A stretch of 64,000 bases of DNA from Chthoniobacteraceae bacterium (GTDB taxonomy: Bacteria; Verrucomicrobiota; Verrucomicrobiia; Chthoniobacterales; Chthoniobacteraceae), in NCBI GenBank assembly GCA_031409335.1, contig JANNWY010000293.1, forward strand, positions 1 to 64,000. The letters run 5' to 3'. The notes under the pieces were generated by a model that was given only the letters and a program-made list of their open reading frames with translations, did not search any database and was not told where the DNA came from. The position numbers and the translations under genes are program-made. Positions 8,488-17,331 of this stretch are shown here, piece after piece. Numbering within the stretch: position 1 is the stretch's first letter; every line of letters starts with the position of its first letter.

Positions 8488-11400
8488 ATGCAAACCGCCG
8501 CCCAAATCCGCCAGCAGTTCCTCGATTTTTTCCGGGAGAAGCAGCACACGATCGTCCCGTCCGGCAGCCTCATGCCGGATTCGCCGAATCTGCTCTTCAC
8601 GAATGCGGGCATGAACCAGTTCGTCCCCATTTTCCTCGGGGAGAAAAAGGCGGACGTGAGCAAGTGGGGCGGCGCCATCCCAGGCAGCGACACGCGCGCG
8701 GCGGATACGCAGAAGTGCATCCGCGCCGGCGGCAAACACAACGATCTCGATGACGTCGGGCTCGACACTTATCACCACACGTTTTTCGAGATGCTCGGGA
8801 ACTGGAGCTTCGGCGATTACTTCAAGGCGGAAGCCATCGCGTGGTCGTGGGAGCTGATCGTCGAGCGGTTCAAGTTTCCGCCGAACCGCGTTTACGCCAC
8901 GATCTACCAGCCCGATCCGGGCGACCCGAGCGAGCGCGATCAGGAGGCCTATGACCTGTGGGCGGAGAAGTTCGCGAGCGTTGGACTCGATCCCGCGCAG
9001 CACATCGTCAACGGCAACAAAAAGGACAACTTCTGGATGATGGGCGAGACCGGTCCGTGCGGTCCGTGCAGCGAGATTCACATCGACCTCACGCCCGCCG
9101 GCGACACCCGAGGCGCGCTGGTCAACAAGGGCGACGCCCGGTGCATCGAGATTTGGAACAACGTCTTCATTCAGTTCAACGCCAACCCCGACGGCACCTT
9201 CACCCCGCTGCCCGCGCAGCACGTCGATACTGGGATGGGCTTCGAGCGCCTCACTTCCATTATTCAGGGGACGAAAGGTTTTACGGATTTCGCAAATGCG
9301 AAAATCTCGAACTACGAGACGGATATTTTCCGCCCGATTTTCGATGAGTTGGAAAAGATGAGCGGGCTGCGATACGCGGGCACGCTGCCCGTGGCACAGG
9401 CTTCCAGCCTGTGTGGCCAGCAGGCATCCTGCCTGCCGGACAGCGGGCAGGATGCCCACTCGCCCCACAGGCAGGATGCCTGTGCCACGCCCGCGCAGAT
9501 CCAGATCGACATCGCCTTCCGCGTCATCGCGGATCACATCCGTACGCTCAGCTTTGCCATCGCGGATGGCATCCAGCCCGGCAACAACGACCGGAACTAC
9601 GTGCTGCGGCGCATCCTGCGGCGCGCGGTGAAATACGGGCGGACGCTCGGTTTCAAGGAGCCGTTTTTCTACAAACTGGTGGCCGTCCTCGCCCGCACGA
9701 TGGGCGACGTCTTCCCCGAAATTCGCGCGAAGCAGAAGCTCGTCGAGGAAACGCTGCGGCGGGAGGAAGTGGCGTTTAATAAGACTTTGGATCGGGGGAT
9801 TTATTTGTTTGAGTTTGTTGTCTCTGCTGGCGACGACATCACTTCGTTAATTCACCGCAAACGCATTACATCGAAAGAAGCGGATATTTTAAGGGTCAAC
9901 CTGGATGCAGATAAGGTTGACGGAGGAACTGAGTTAAAGGCATTCGATCCGACCAAAGGCAAAGGCGAAATTTTGGGCGACTTCGCTTTCAAACTCTACG
10001 ACACCTACGGCTTTCCACTCGACCTAACCGAACTCATGGCTCGTGAGCGCGGCCTGACGGTGGACGCGGCGGGTTTTGAAGTGGAGATGGAGAAGCAGCG
10101 GGATCGGGCGCGGAAGGCGCAGAAGCGCCAAGTCATCGAACTTTCCGAAATCGAGACGAAGGAGCCGACGCAGTTTGTCGGTTACGATTCGCTCGAGACT
10201 GCCGCGACCGTGCTCGAAGTCGTCACTTTGAAAGACAAGACCGCCGTGGTCCTGGATGCGACCGCTTGCTACGGCGAGATGGGCGGGCAGGTGGGCGATT
10301 CGGGCGAGATCGCGGGGGGCGGGCAGCTTTGGAATGTGCTCACCACGCAGAAGAGCGGGGCGACTTTTCTGCACTTCATCGAGAGCGTGATGGGTGAGGA
10401 TGCGCCGGCGGTCGGGAGCGCGGTGACGCTGAGCGTGGATGCGGGGCGGCGGGCGGCGATCCAGCGGCATCACACGGTGACGCATCTGCTGCACTGGGCG
10501 CTGCACGAGGTGGTGTCGCGCGAGGCGACGCAGAAGGGTTCGTTCGTGGGGCCGGACAAGCTGACGTTCGATTTCAACAGCGCCGCGCTCACGCCGCAGC
10601 AGGTGCGCGACATCGAGCGGCTGGTGAACGCGCGCATCGTGGAAAACGCGGGCGTGGTTTGGAATGAGGTGCCTTACGCCGACGTGCGCGGGCGGGCGGA
10701 CATCATGCAATTCTTCGGCGACAAATACGGGGAGATGGTGCGCGTGGTGGACATCGGCGGATTTTCCAAGGAACTCTGCGCCGGCACGCACACGCGGGCG
10801 ACGGGCGAGATCGGGCTTTTCCGCATCGAAAGCGAAGCCGCCATCGCCGCCGGAGTCCGCCGCATCGAAGCCGTGGCCGGCCTGAACGCCTACGATTTCG
10901 CCACCGCCGACATGCAGCGCCTGCACGCGCTGGCCGGGAAAATGGGTGCGCCGCTGGCGGATTTGGAAAAGCGGATCGAGGGGATGCTCGCGCAGCAAAA
11001 GGAGCTGGAGAAGGCGCTGAAATCCGCGCAGCAACGCGAGGCGGCGGGACGGGCGAAGGATTTGCTCGCGAAGGTGGAGACGATCGGCGGAGTGCCCGCG
11101 ATCATCGCGAATCTCGGCGCGGCTGACGGCGATACGTTGCAGACCGTGGCCGATGCCTTGAAGGCGCATGGTTTCAAAGGCGTAGTCGTCCTCGGTGGAG
11201 CATCAGCCACATCCGTCGCCCTAGTCGCATCCGTCTCATCCGAGCACACCGCAAAAGCCCAAGCCGGAAAACTCATCAGCGCCATCGCCCCGCTGGTCGG
11301 AGGCAAAGGCGGCGGCAAACCCGACAACGCGCGCGGCGGCGGCAAAGACCCGACGCAACTCGACGCCGCCCTCGCCCACGTGAAAACGCTGCTCGCTTAA
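8488..11400 (+). CDS. alaS: Alanine--tRNA ligase, with two in-frame insertions
   Basis: LLFTNAGM, QKCIRAGGKHNDL, HHTFFEMLGNWSFGDYFK, DTGMGFER, IADHIR, FKLYDTYGFP, editing site HHTVTH...ELCAGTH, C-terminal GGKGGGK. Confidence 0.99.
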   Translation: MQTAAQIRQQFLDFFREKQHTIVPSGSLMPDSPNLLFTNAGMNQFVPIFLGEKKADVSKWGGAIPGSDTRAADTQKCIRAGGKHNDLDDVGLDTYHHTFFEMLGNWSFGDYFKAEAIAWSWELIVERFKFPPNRVYATIYQPDPGDPSERDQEAYDLWAEKFASVGLDPAQHIVNGNKKDNFWMMGETGPCGPCSEIHIDLTPAGDTRGALVNKGDARCIEIWNNVFIQFNANPDGTFTPLPAQHVDTGMGFERLTSIIQGTKGFTDFANAKISNYETDIFRPIFDELEKMSGLRYAGTLPVAQASSLCGQQASCLPDSGQDAHSPHRQDACATPAQIQIDIAFRVIADHIRTLSFAIADGIQPGNNDRNYVLRRILRRAVKYGRTLGFKEPFFYKLVAVLARTMGDVFPEIRAKQKLVEETLRREEVAFNKTLDRGIYLFEFVVSAGDDITSLIHRKRITSKEADILRVNLDADKVDGGTELKAFDPTKGKGEILGDFAFKLYDTYGFPLDLTELMARERGLTVDAAGFEVEMEKQRDRARKAQKRQVIELSEIETKEPTQFVGYDSLETAATVLEVVTLKDKTAVVLDATACYGEMGGQVGDSGEIAGGGQLWNVLTTQKSGATFLHFIESVMGEDAPAVGSAVTLSVDAGRRAAIQRHHTVTHLLHWALHEVVSREATQKGSFVGPDKLTFDFNSAALTPQQVRDIERLVNARIVENAGVVWNEVPYADVRGRADIMQFFGDKYGEMVRVVDIGGFSKELCAGTHTRATGEIGLFRIESEAAIAAGVRRIEAVAGLNAYDFATADMQRLHALAGKMGAPLADLEKRIEGMLAQQKELEKALKSAQQREAAGRAKDLLAKVETIGGVPAIIANLGAADGDTLQTVADALKAHGFKGVVVLGGASATSVALVASVSSEHTAKAQAGKLISAIAPLVGGKGGGKPDNARGGGKDPTQLDAALAHVKTLLA
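9391..9489. repeat. 99-bp nested palindromic (REP/REPIN-like) element inside alaS, in frame
   Basis: GTGGCACAGGCTTCCAGCCTGTG ... CACAGGCAGGATGCCTGTGCCAC (23-bp inverted arms, 2 mismatches), with an inner pair CAGGCATCCTGCCTGC / GCGGGCAGGATGCCC. Confidence 0.9.
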
Positions 11401-11514
11401 AAAAAACGGCGCGATGCGCGGCCTCATGAAATGGGCTGCCCTGTTCGCTCTGCTCGCCGGCTGCCTGCAGCTCACGCGCAGCATCCGCGAACCGTTCATC
11501 CTCGTAGCAAGGAT

Positions 11515-12753
11515 ATGCGTTTCATCCCCATCCTGCTCACGGTCGTCACTTTCACCGCCGCCCAAGCCCGCGGCGCATCCGAGGACTGGCCACAATGGCG
11601 CGGGCCGAGCCGCGATGGCGTGATCCACGGGAAGGCGTGGCCGGTTTCGCTGAAAGAGGACATCTTGAAGCAAATGTGGCGCGTGGAACTGGAGCCGAGC
11701 TACTCCGGACCGATCGTTTCCGGCGGGCGGGTTTTCGTGACCGAGACGGTGGGCAAAAAGAGCGAGCGGGTGCGCGCGCTCGATCGCGCGACCGGCAAGG
11801 AGCTGTGGCGGCGCGAATGGGAGGGCGCGATCTCGGTGCCGTTTTTTGCGAAATCGAATGGCGACTGGATTCGCGCCACGCCAGCCTGCGACGGTGAGTG
11901 GCTCTACGTGGTCGGCATCCGCGATGTGCTCGTCTGCCTCGACGTGAAGACCGGCGATGAGCGCTGGCGTTTCGACTTCCCGCAGCAGCTCAAAACTGAC
12001 GCGCCCTCGTTTGGCGCGGTCTGCTCGCCGCTGCTTGATGGCGACGCGCTCTACATCCAGGCAGGCAACGCGGTCTGCCGCGTGAACAAACTCACCGGCA
12101 AACTCGTCTGGCGCACGCTCGACGAAGGCGGCGGCATGATGGGCGGGGCGTTTTCCTCGCCGCTGCTCACGACGCTCGGTGGCCAGAAACAGCTCGTGGT
12201 GCAGACACGATCGAAACTCGCCGGGGTGAATCCGAAGGATGGCGCGGTCCTGTGGCAGCAGGAGATCGAAGCCTTTCGCGGCATGAACATTCTCACCCCG
12301 ATCGTCCTCGGCGACCTGCTGCTGACCAGCACCTACGGCGGCAAAACGATCGGCTGGCGCGTGCAGGAAAGCGGCGGCAAGTGGACCGTCGCGCGCGCCT
12401 GGGAGCACAAGTCGCAGGGCTACATGACCACGCCGGTTGTGGTGAAAGGCACCGCCTACACCCACCTCAAAAGCCAGCGCGCGATGGCCATCGACGTGGC
12501 CAGCGGCGCGGAGCGGTGGACCACGGGCGAGAGTTTCGGCAAATACTGGAGTCTCGTCGCGAATGGCGAACGCCTGCTCGCGCTCGATGAACGCGGCTCC
12601 CTCTTCCTCTTCGCCGCGACGCCGGAGAGATTTGAGAAGCTCGACGAGCGCAAGATTTCCAAGGCGGATACCTGGGCGCATCTCGCGGTCAGCGGACGCG
12701 AGCTTTTCATCCGCGAGTTGAACGCCATCACTGCCTGGCAGTGGCGCGAGTAG
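11515..12753 (+). CDS. PQQ-like beta-propeller repeat protein (BamB-like family)
   Basis: Signal peptide, then EDWPQWRGPSRDG and repeated ALDxxTGKELW units. Confidence 0.9.
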   Translation: MRFIPILLTVVTFTAAQARGASEDWPQWRGPSRDGVIHGKAWPVSLKEDILKQMWRVELEPSYSGPIVSGGRVFVTETVGKKSERVRALDRATGKELWRREWEGAISVPFFAKSNGDWIRATPACDGEWLYVVGIRDVLVCLDVKTGDERWRFDFPQQLKTDAPSFGAVCSPLLDGDALYIQAGNAVCRVNKLTGKLVWRTLDEGGGMMGGAFSSPLLTTLGGQKQLVVQTRSKLAGVNPKDGAVLWQQEIEAFRGMNILTPIVLGDLLLTSTYGGKTIGWRVQESGGKWTVARAWEHKSQGYMTTPVVVKGTAYTHLKSQRAMAIDVASGAERWTTGESFGKYWSLVANGERLLALDERGSLFLFAATPERFEKLDERKISKADTWAHLAVSGRELFIRELNAITAWQWRE

Positions 12754-12897
12754 CGGTGCTCGCTCCGCTCGGCGCGCTCGCCGGATGCATCCACGGCGGT
12801 GGCGATCATGCTGGAAATGCGCCGACGCTGTTTCCGCGAAACGGCTCGCACAAAAGCTTGCCGCGCTGTTCGCTGGACGAAAATGGGCGCAACGAAA

Positions 12898-14052
12898 ATG
12901 AGTGATTCCCAGGCTCCTGCATTGAAGGAAATGTTTAACGAAGCGCGCTATCGGAAGATGGCGCGCGATGTGGCGGTGGTGCAGCCGCGCTTCGATCAGA
13001 AACGCTTTCTCGCCCACGCGCTGCTGGACCTCGCGTCGCTTTCGCTGCTCCAGCGGTTGCGCCGGGCGACCGAGGCTTTGCGCGCGACTTTGCCGGAAAA
13101 ATATCCCGACGCGCTGGAAGTCTTGCGGCGGCTCGCGCCGGGTCACGGCGAAGGTTTCACCGCGCTCGTGCTGCCGGATTTCGTCGGACTTTACGGGCGG
13201 GAAAATTTCGATCTTTCACTCGATGCACTCAAGTTTTTCACCCCGTTCGGCTCATCCGAGTTTGCGATCCGCGAATTCCTCCGCCTCGATCTCGCGCGCA
13301 CTTTACGCGCGATGGAAAAGTGGTCGCGCGATGAAAACGAACACGTCCGCCGACTCGCCAGCGAAGGCTGCCGCCCGCGCCTGCCGTGGTCTTTCCAACT
13401 CACCGCGCTCATCGCCGATCCATCGCCAGTCGCGAAGATCCTCGAAAACCTGAAAGCCGACCCGAGTCTCTGCGTGCGCAAATCGGTCGGGAATCATCTG
13501 AACGACATCACCAAAGATCATCCCGCCTGGGTGCTGGATCGCATGGCCGCGTGGAATCTCGCGCACCCGCACACGGCGTGGATTGCGAAGCGCGCGCTGC
13601 GGACGCTCATCAAGAAAGGCGACCGCCGCGCGCTCGCGGTTTTCGGCGCAGGCGAGCGGGCGCGGATTCGCGTCGAGACGTTTTCCATCGCGCCACGACG
13701 CCTCCGACTGGGTGACGAACTCACGCTTTCCTGCCGCATCGTCTCGACCGCGCGCACGGCGCAGAAGCTCGTGATCGACTACGCGATTCACTACGTAAAA
13801 CGATCCGGCGCGGCGTCGGCAAAGGTCTTCAAGTGGAAGGAAATCACGCTCGCGGCGGGCGGCGAAATCACGCTCACGAAGCGCCAGCGCATCCGCGATT
13901 TCACCACGCGAAAACACCACGCCGGTGAGCATCGCGTGGAGTGGCTGGTGAATGGCGAGTCGGTCGCGGCGGGGACTTTTCACCTTTCGATTTCCAGCGC
14001 CAAACATCACTTGTCTAACGCCCGCGGTTCCTCCACCGTCGCCCACTCATGA
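12898..14052 (+). CDS. alkC: DNA alkylation repair protein, AlkC-like HEAT-repeat glycosylase with C-terminal Ig-like domain
   Basis: SSEFAIR, HVRRLASEGCRPRLPW, VRKSVGNHLND, KVFKW and DFTTRKHH motifs. Start uncertain (12883 or 12898). Confidence 0.85.
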   Translation: MSDSQAPALKEMFNEARYRKMARDVAVVQPRFDQKRFLAHALLDLASLSLLQRLRRATEALRATLPEKYPDALEVLRRLAPGHGEGFTALVLPDFVGLYGRENFDLSLDALKFFTPFGSSEFAIREFLRLDLARTLRAMEKWSRDENEHVRRLASEGCRPRLPWSFQLTALIADPSPVAKILENLKADPSLCVRKSVGNHLNDITKDHPAWVLDRMAAWNLAHPHTAWIAKRALRTLIKKGDRRALAVFGAGERARIRVETFSIAPRRLRLGDELTLSCRIVSTARTAQKLVIDYAIHYVKRSGAASAKVFKWKEITLAAGGEITLTKRQRIRDFTTRKHHAGEHRVEWLVNGESVAAGTFHLSISSAKHHLSNARGSSTVAHS

Positions 14053-15065
14053 ACAACAAAAGCTTCGGCTGCATGGGCATCGGTTTGGTCGTGCTCCTCG
14101 TCCTCAGTCTCGTGCTGAATTTCATCTTCGTCGTCGCTGGCAGCACCCGCATGGCCACGAGCGCGATGGGCGTGCAAATGCAGCTCCCGAAATTTGAGGA
14201 AAGCCTCGTGGCTCCGGGAAAGCAGGGCTCGGATGACAAGATCGCGGTGCTTTCGCTGCGCGGCATCATCAGCGGCTTCGAGCCAGGCGCGATCGGCGAG
14301 ACGATGGTCGAGGATATGAAGCTCCAGCTCGCGCAGGCGCTCGAGGACGACAATGTGAAGGCGATCGTGCTGCACATCGATTCGCCCGGCGGCGAGGTTA
14401 CCGCTTCGGATACGATTTACAATGCGGTGAAGCGCGCGCGGGATAAAAAACCCGTCGTCGTTTACATGGGCTCGCTCGCCGCGTCCGGCGGATATTACGT
14501 CGCGTGCGGCGCGAAGTGGCTGGTGGCAAACGAGACGACTTTCACCGGCTCGATTGGCGTCATCATGCAGTCGATCAACTACGAAGCGCTGATGGGCAAA
14601 GTCGGTGTCTCGACGATCACTTTCAAAAGCGGGAAGATGAAGGACATGCTCAGTGGTTCGCGCCAGCCGACCGACGAGGAGAAGGCGTATCTGCAGGGCA
14701 TGATCATGCAGACCTACGGGAAATTCGTCGGCATCGTCGCGAAGGAACGCAACCTGCCCGAGCAGCAGCTCCGCGACGGCATCGCCGACGGACGGGTGAT
14801 TTCCGGCACGGACGCGCTCGCGGCCAAGCTGGTCGATCAGCTCGGTGAAGTGGAGGACGCCTACGCGAAAGCGCGCGAACTCGGCGGCGCGCCCCGAGCC
14901 GCGATCATCCGCTACGACGCACCGTTCAAATTCGGGCGGCTGCTGCGCATTCTCGGTGAAAGCAACGCGGGCAAATCGAAGATCGAGATCGACCTCGCGC
15001 AATCGCTCCTGCCGAAGTTGGAAATCGGCAAGCTCTACTTCCTCCCGAGCTACTACGCGCCGTGA
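14049..15065 (+). CDS. sppA: Signal peptide peptidase (S49)
   Basis: N-terminal TM; IDSPGG, AASGGYY, TGSIGVI and KSGKMKD motifs. Confidence 0.95.
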   Translation: MNNKSFGCMGIGLVVLLVLSLVLNFIFVVAGSTRMATSAMGVQMQLPKFEESLVAPGKQGSDDKIAVLSLRGIISGFEPGAIGETMVEDMKLQLAQALEDDNVKAIVLHIDSPGGEVTASDTIYNAVKRARDKKPVVVYMGSLAASGGYYVACGAKWLVANETTFTGSIGVIMQSINYEALMGKVGVSTITFKSGKMKDMLSGSRQPTDEEKAYLQGMIMQTYGKFVGIVAKERNLPEQQLRDGIADGRVISGTDALAAKLVDQLGEVEDAYAKARELGGAPRAAIIRYDAPFKFGRLLRILGESNAGKSKIEIDLAQSLLPKLEIGKLYFLPSYYAP

Positions 15066-15075
15066 TGGAAGGTCG

Positions 15076-15933
15076 ATGGCCCGGGGGCTTCTTTCCTTCG
15101 ACATCCCTCTTCCCGTGACCGCTCCCACCGTCGAATCGCTCCTTTTCATCGGTGCGCTGAGCATCTTCACCTTCGTCATTTTCGGCAGCCTCATCGGCGG
15201 CATGTGGCATGAAGGCGGAAAGATTCGCGCCAAGACCTTCGACCTTCCCGAGCTGCTCGTCAGCCTCGTGCTGTGCGGCTACTTCGTCGCGAATATCGCC
15301 GCCAGCGCGATGCATTCCGAAAAGGCTGCGCCGGAGGCCACGCTCGATCAGGTGCTGGTCGGCGGCGCGCTTTTCGTCGCGATGCTCGCGGGTGTCATCG
15401 GCTTTCTGCGCTATCGCGGGATCGATGTGATCCAGGCGACTGGACTGAACCGCATTTCGATCATTGGCGCAGTCGCGATCGGTCTGGGGCTCATCGCCGC
15501 CGCGCTGCCGCTGCTGCTTTGCGCATCGGCCATGATGCAGATCTTTTACCGGCAGCAGGTCGAGGAACAGGAACTCGTGACGCTCTTTCGCGAGGTCACC
15601 CGCGAAGCAAACAGCACCGGCATCGGCCAGATTTTTTTCGCCGGCGCAGTGCTCGCGCCGATCTGCGAGGAGTTTCTCTTCCGCGGTTTTTTCTACGTCG
15701 TCTTCAAGCGCTACATCGGCGCGACCGCCAGCGCGCTCATCGTCTCGGCGCTGTTCGCGGCGACGCATCTCAACTTCGCGGCATTCCCGAGCCTATTCCT
15801 GCTCGCGATCTGCTTCACCATCGCCTTCGAGTCCACGGGATCGCTGCTCGTGCCGATCACGATGCACGCGCTGTTCAATGCCGGCCAACTGGCGTTTCTC
15901 TACCACATCACCCGAACCGCGATCCCCGCATGA
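15076..15933 (+). CDS. CPBP/CAAX family intramembrane metalloprotease
   Basis: Polytopic; APICEEFLFRG, FAATH and MHALFN motifs. Confidence 0.92.
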   Translation: MARGLLSFDIPLPVTAPTVESLLFIGALSIFTFVIFGSLIGGMWHEGGKIRAKTFDLPELLVSLVLCGYFVANIAASAMHSEKAAPEATLDQVLVGGALFVAMLAGVIGFLRYRGIDVIQATGLNRISIIGAVAIGLGLIAAALPLLLCASAMMQIFYRQQVEEQELVTLFREVTREANSTGIGQIFFAGAVLAPICEEFLFRGFFYVVFKRYIGATASALIVSALFAATHLNFAAFPSLFLLAICFTIAFESTGSLLVPITMHALFNAGQLAFLYHITRTAIPA

Positions 15934-16826
15934 AACTCGCGCAATACGGCGAAGACCGGCTCGTCGCGGAGATCACGCGCGGTCTTCCGCTCGACGCGAA
16001 TGTGCGCGTGGGCGCGGGCGACGATTGCGCGGTGATCGGCTCTCCGCGAGCGACGCGCTGGACTTTGCTGAAAGCAGATGCCGTGGTGGAAGGCGTGCAT
16101 TTTCTCCGCGACGACGATCCGCGCCGCGTCGGCTGGAAGGCGCTCTGCCGCGCGATCAGCGACATCGCGGCGATGGGCGGCGTGCCCGAGCACGCAGTCA
16201 TCACGATCGCGATTGCGCGCGACGACGACGTGGCGCGCGTGAAGGCGCTCTACGCCGGGCTGCGAAAGGCCGCGCGCAGATTTGGCGTGAGCATCGTCGG
16301 CGGCGAAACGTCGCGCTCGCCCGGTCCGCTTTTTGTCAACGTGACGCTCACCGGTTTCGTCGAGCGCACGCGCTGCATCCTGCGCTCCGGCGCGAAAAGC
16401 GGCGACGCGATTTTCGTCACCGGCCGTCTCGGCGGATCGCGCGCGGGCAAACATCTCGACTTCACGCCCCGCCTCGCCGAAGCGCGCTGGCTCGTGGAGA
16501 ATTTCCGCCCGACCGCGATGATGGACCTCAGCGACGGCCTCGCCGCCGATCTCCCGCGCCTTGCCCGCGCGAGCCGATGCGGCTTCACGCTCGATGAATC
16601 GCGCATCCCGATCACCCGCGGTTGCACGCTGAACCGAGCGCTCGGCGACGGCGAAGATTTCGAATTGCTCTTCGCGCTCGCCCCGCGGAAAGCCGCTGGC
16701 ATTGCGGCAAAATGGCGACGAACATTTCCAAAGCTGCCGCTCAGCGAGATCGGAACCTGCTCTCAAGCCACCACTTTCAACTCCCAACTTTTCTCCAATG
16801 GTCACGACCATTTTGCGGACGCCTGA
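15930..16826 (+). CDS. thiL: Thiamine-monophosphate kinase
   Basis: GDDCA, VEGVHF, SDIAAMGG, VGGETS, MDLSDGL and GEDFELLF motifs; ATGA overlap with the upstream gene. Confidence 0.95.
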   Translation: MKLAQYGEDRLVAEITRGLPLDANVRVGAGDDCAVIGSPRATRWTLLKADAVVEGVHFLRDDDPRRVGWKALCRAISDIAAMGGVPEHAVITIAIARDDDVARVKALYAGLRKAARRFGVSIVGGETSRSPGPLFVNVTLTGFVERTRCILRSGAKSGDAIFVTGRLGGSRAGKHLDFTPRLAEARWLVENFRPTAMMDLSDGLAADLPRLARASRCGFTLDESRIPITRGCTLNRALGDGEDFELLFALAPRKAAGIAAKWRRTFPKLPLSEIGTCSQATTFNSQLFSNGHDHFADA

Positions 16827-17232
16827 AGATACGATCGCTTTTGGACAAGCTTTCGCCGGCACGCTCGAATCCGGCGATGTCGTCGCGCTCTGCGGCGAAC
16901 TCGGCGCTGGGAAAACGCATCTCGTCAAAGGCCTCGTCGCCGGCCTCGGCGCGGAGTGCGCGGTCACGAGCCCGACGTTCACCCTGATCCACGAATATCG
17001 CGGCGGCCGCCTCCCGGTTTTTCACGCCGACTGGTATCGCGTCGAGGAGGAGCAGGAGCTTTTGAAGATCGGCATCGACGACTATCTCGCGGAGGAAGGC
17101 GTCGTCATCGTCGAGTGGGCGGACAAATTTCGCGCCGTGCTGCCCGCGCGCACGCGCTGGATCGAGCTTCGATTCTTGGAAGACGGCACGCGCGAAGTGA
17201 CAGATTCGGGCGGGCAAGGCTCCGCGGAATAA
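16798..17232 (+). CDS. tsaE: tRNA threonylcarbamoyladenosine biosynthesis ATPase
   Basis: GELGAGKT, VTSPTFTL, HADWYR and IVEW motifs. Confidence 0.96.
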   Translation: MVTTILRTPEDTIAFGQAFAGTLESGDVVALCGELGAGKTHLVKGLVAGLGAECAVTSPTFTLIHEYRGGRLPVFHADWYRVEEEQELLKIGIDDYLAEEGVVIVEWADKFRAVLPARTRWIELRFLEDGTREVTDSGGQGSAE

Positions 17233-17331
17233 TCCGGCCCGGCTCGCCGCCGTGAAACCGCTTGTCGCGGCTGGGAGCGCCGCTAAAACTCACGCCCGAT
17301 GTTTTGCCAACCGGAGCGCGAGTTTTAAGGA

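Noticed and set aside
9814..9963. alaS insert as an intein or intron
   Set aside because: Too short, no Cys/Ser start or His-Asn end, and no visible group I/II structure.
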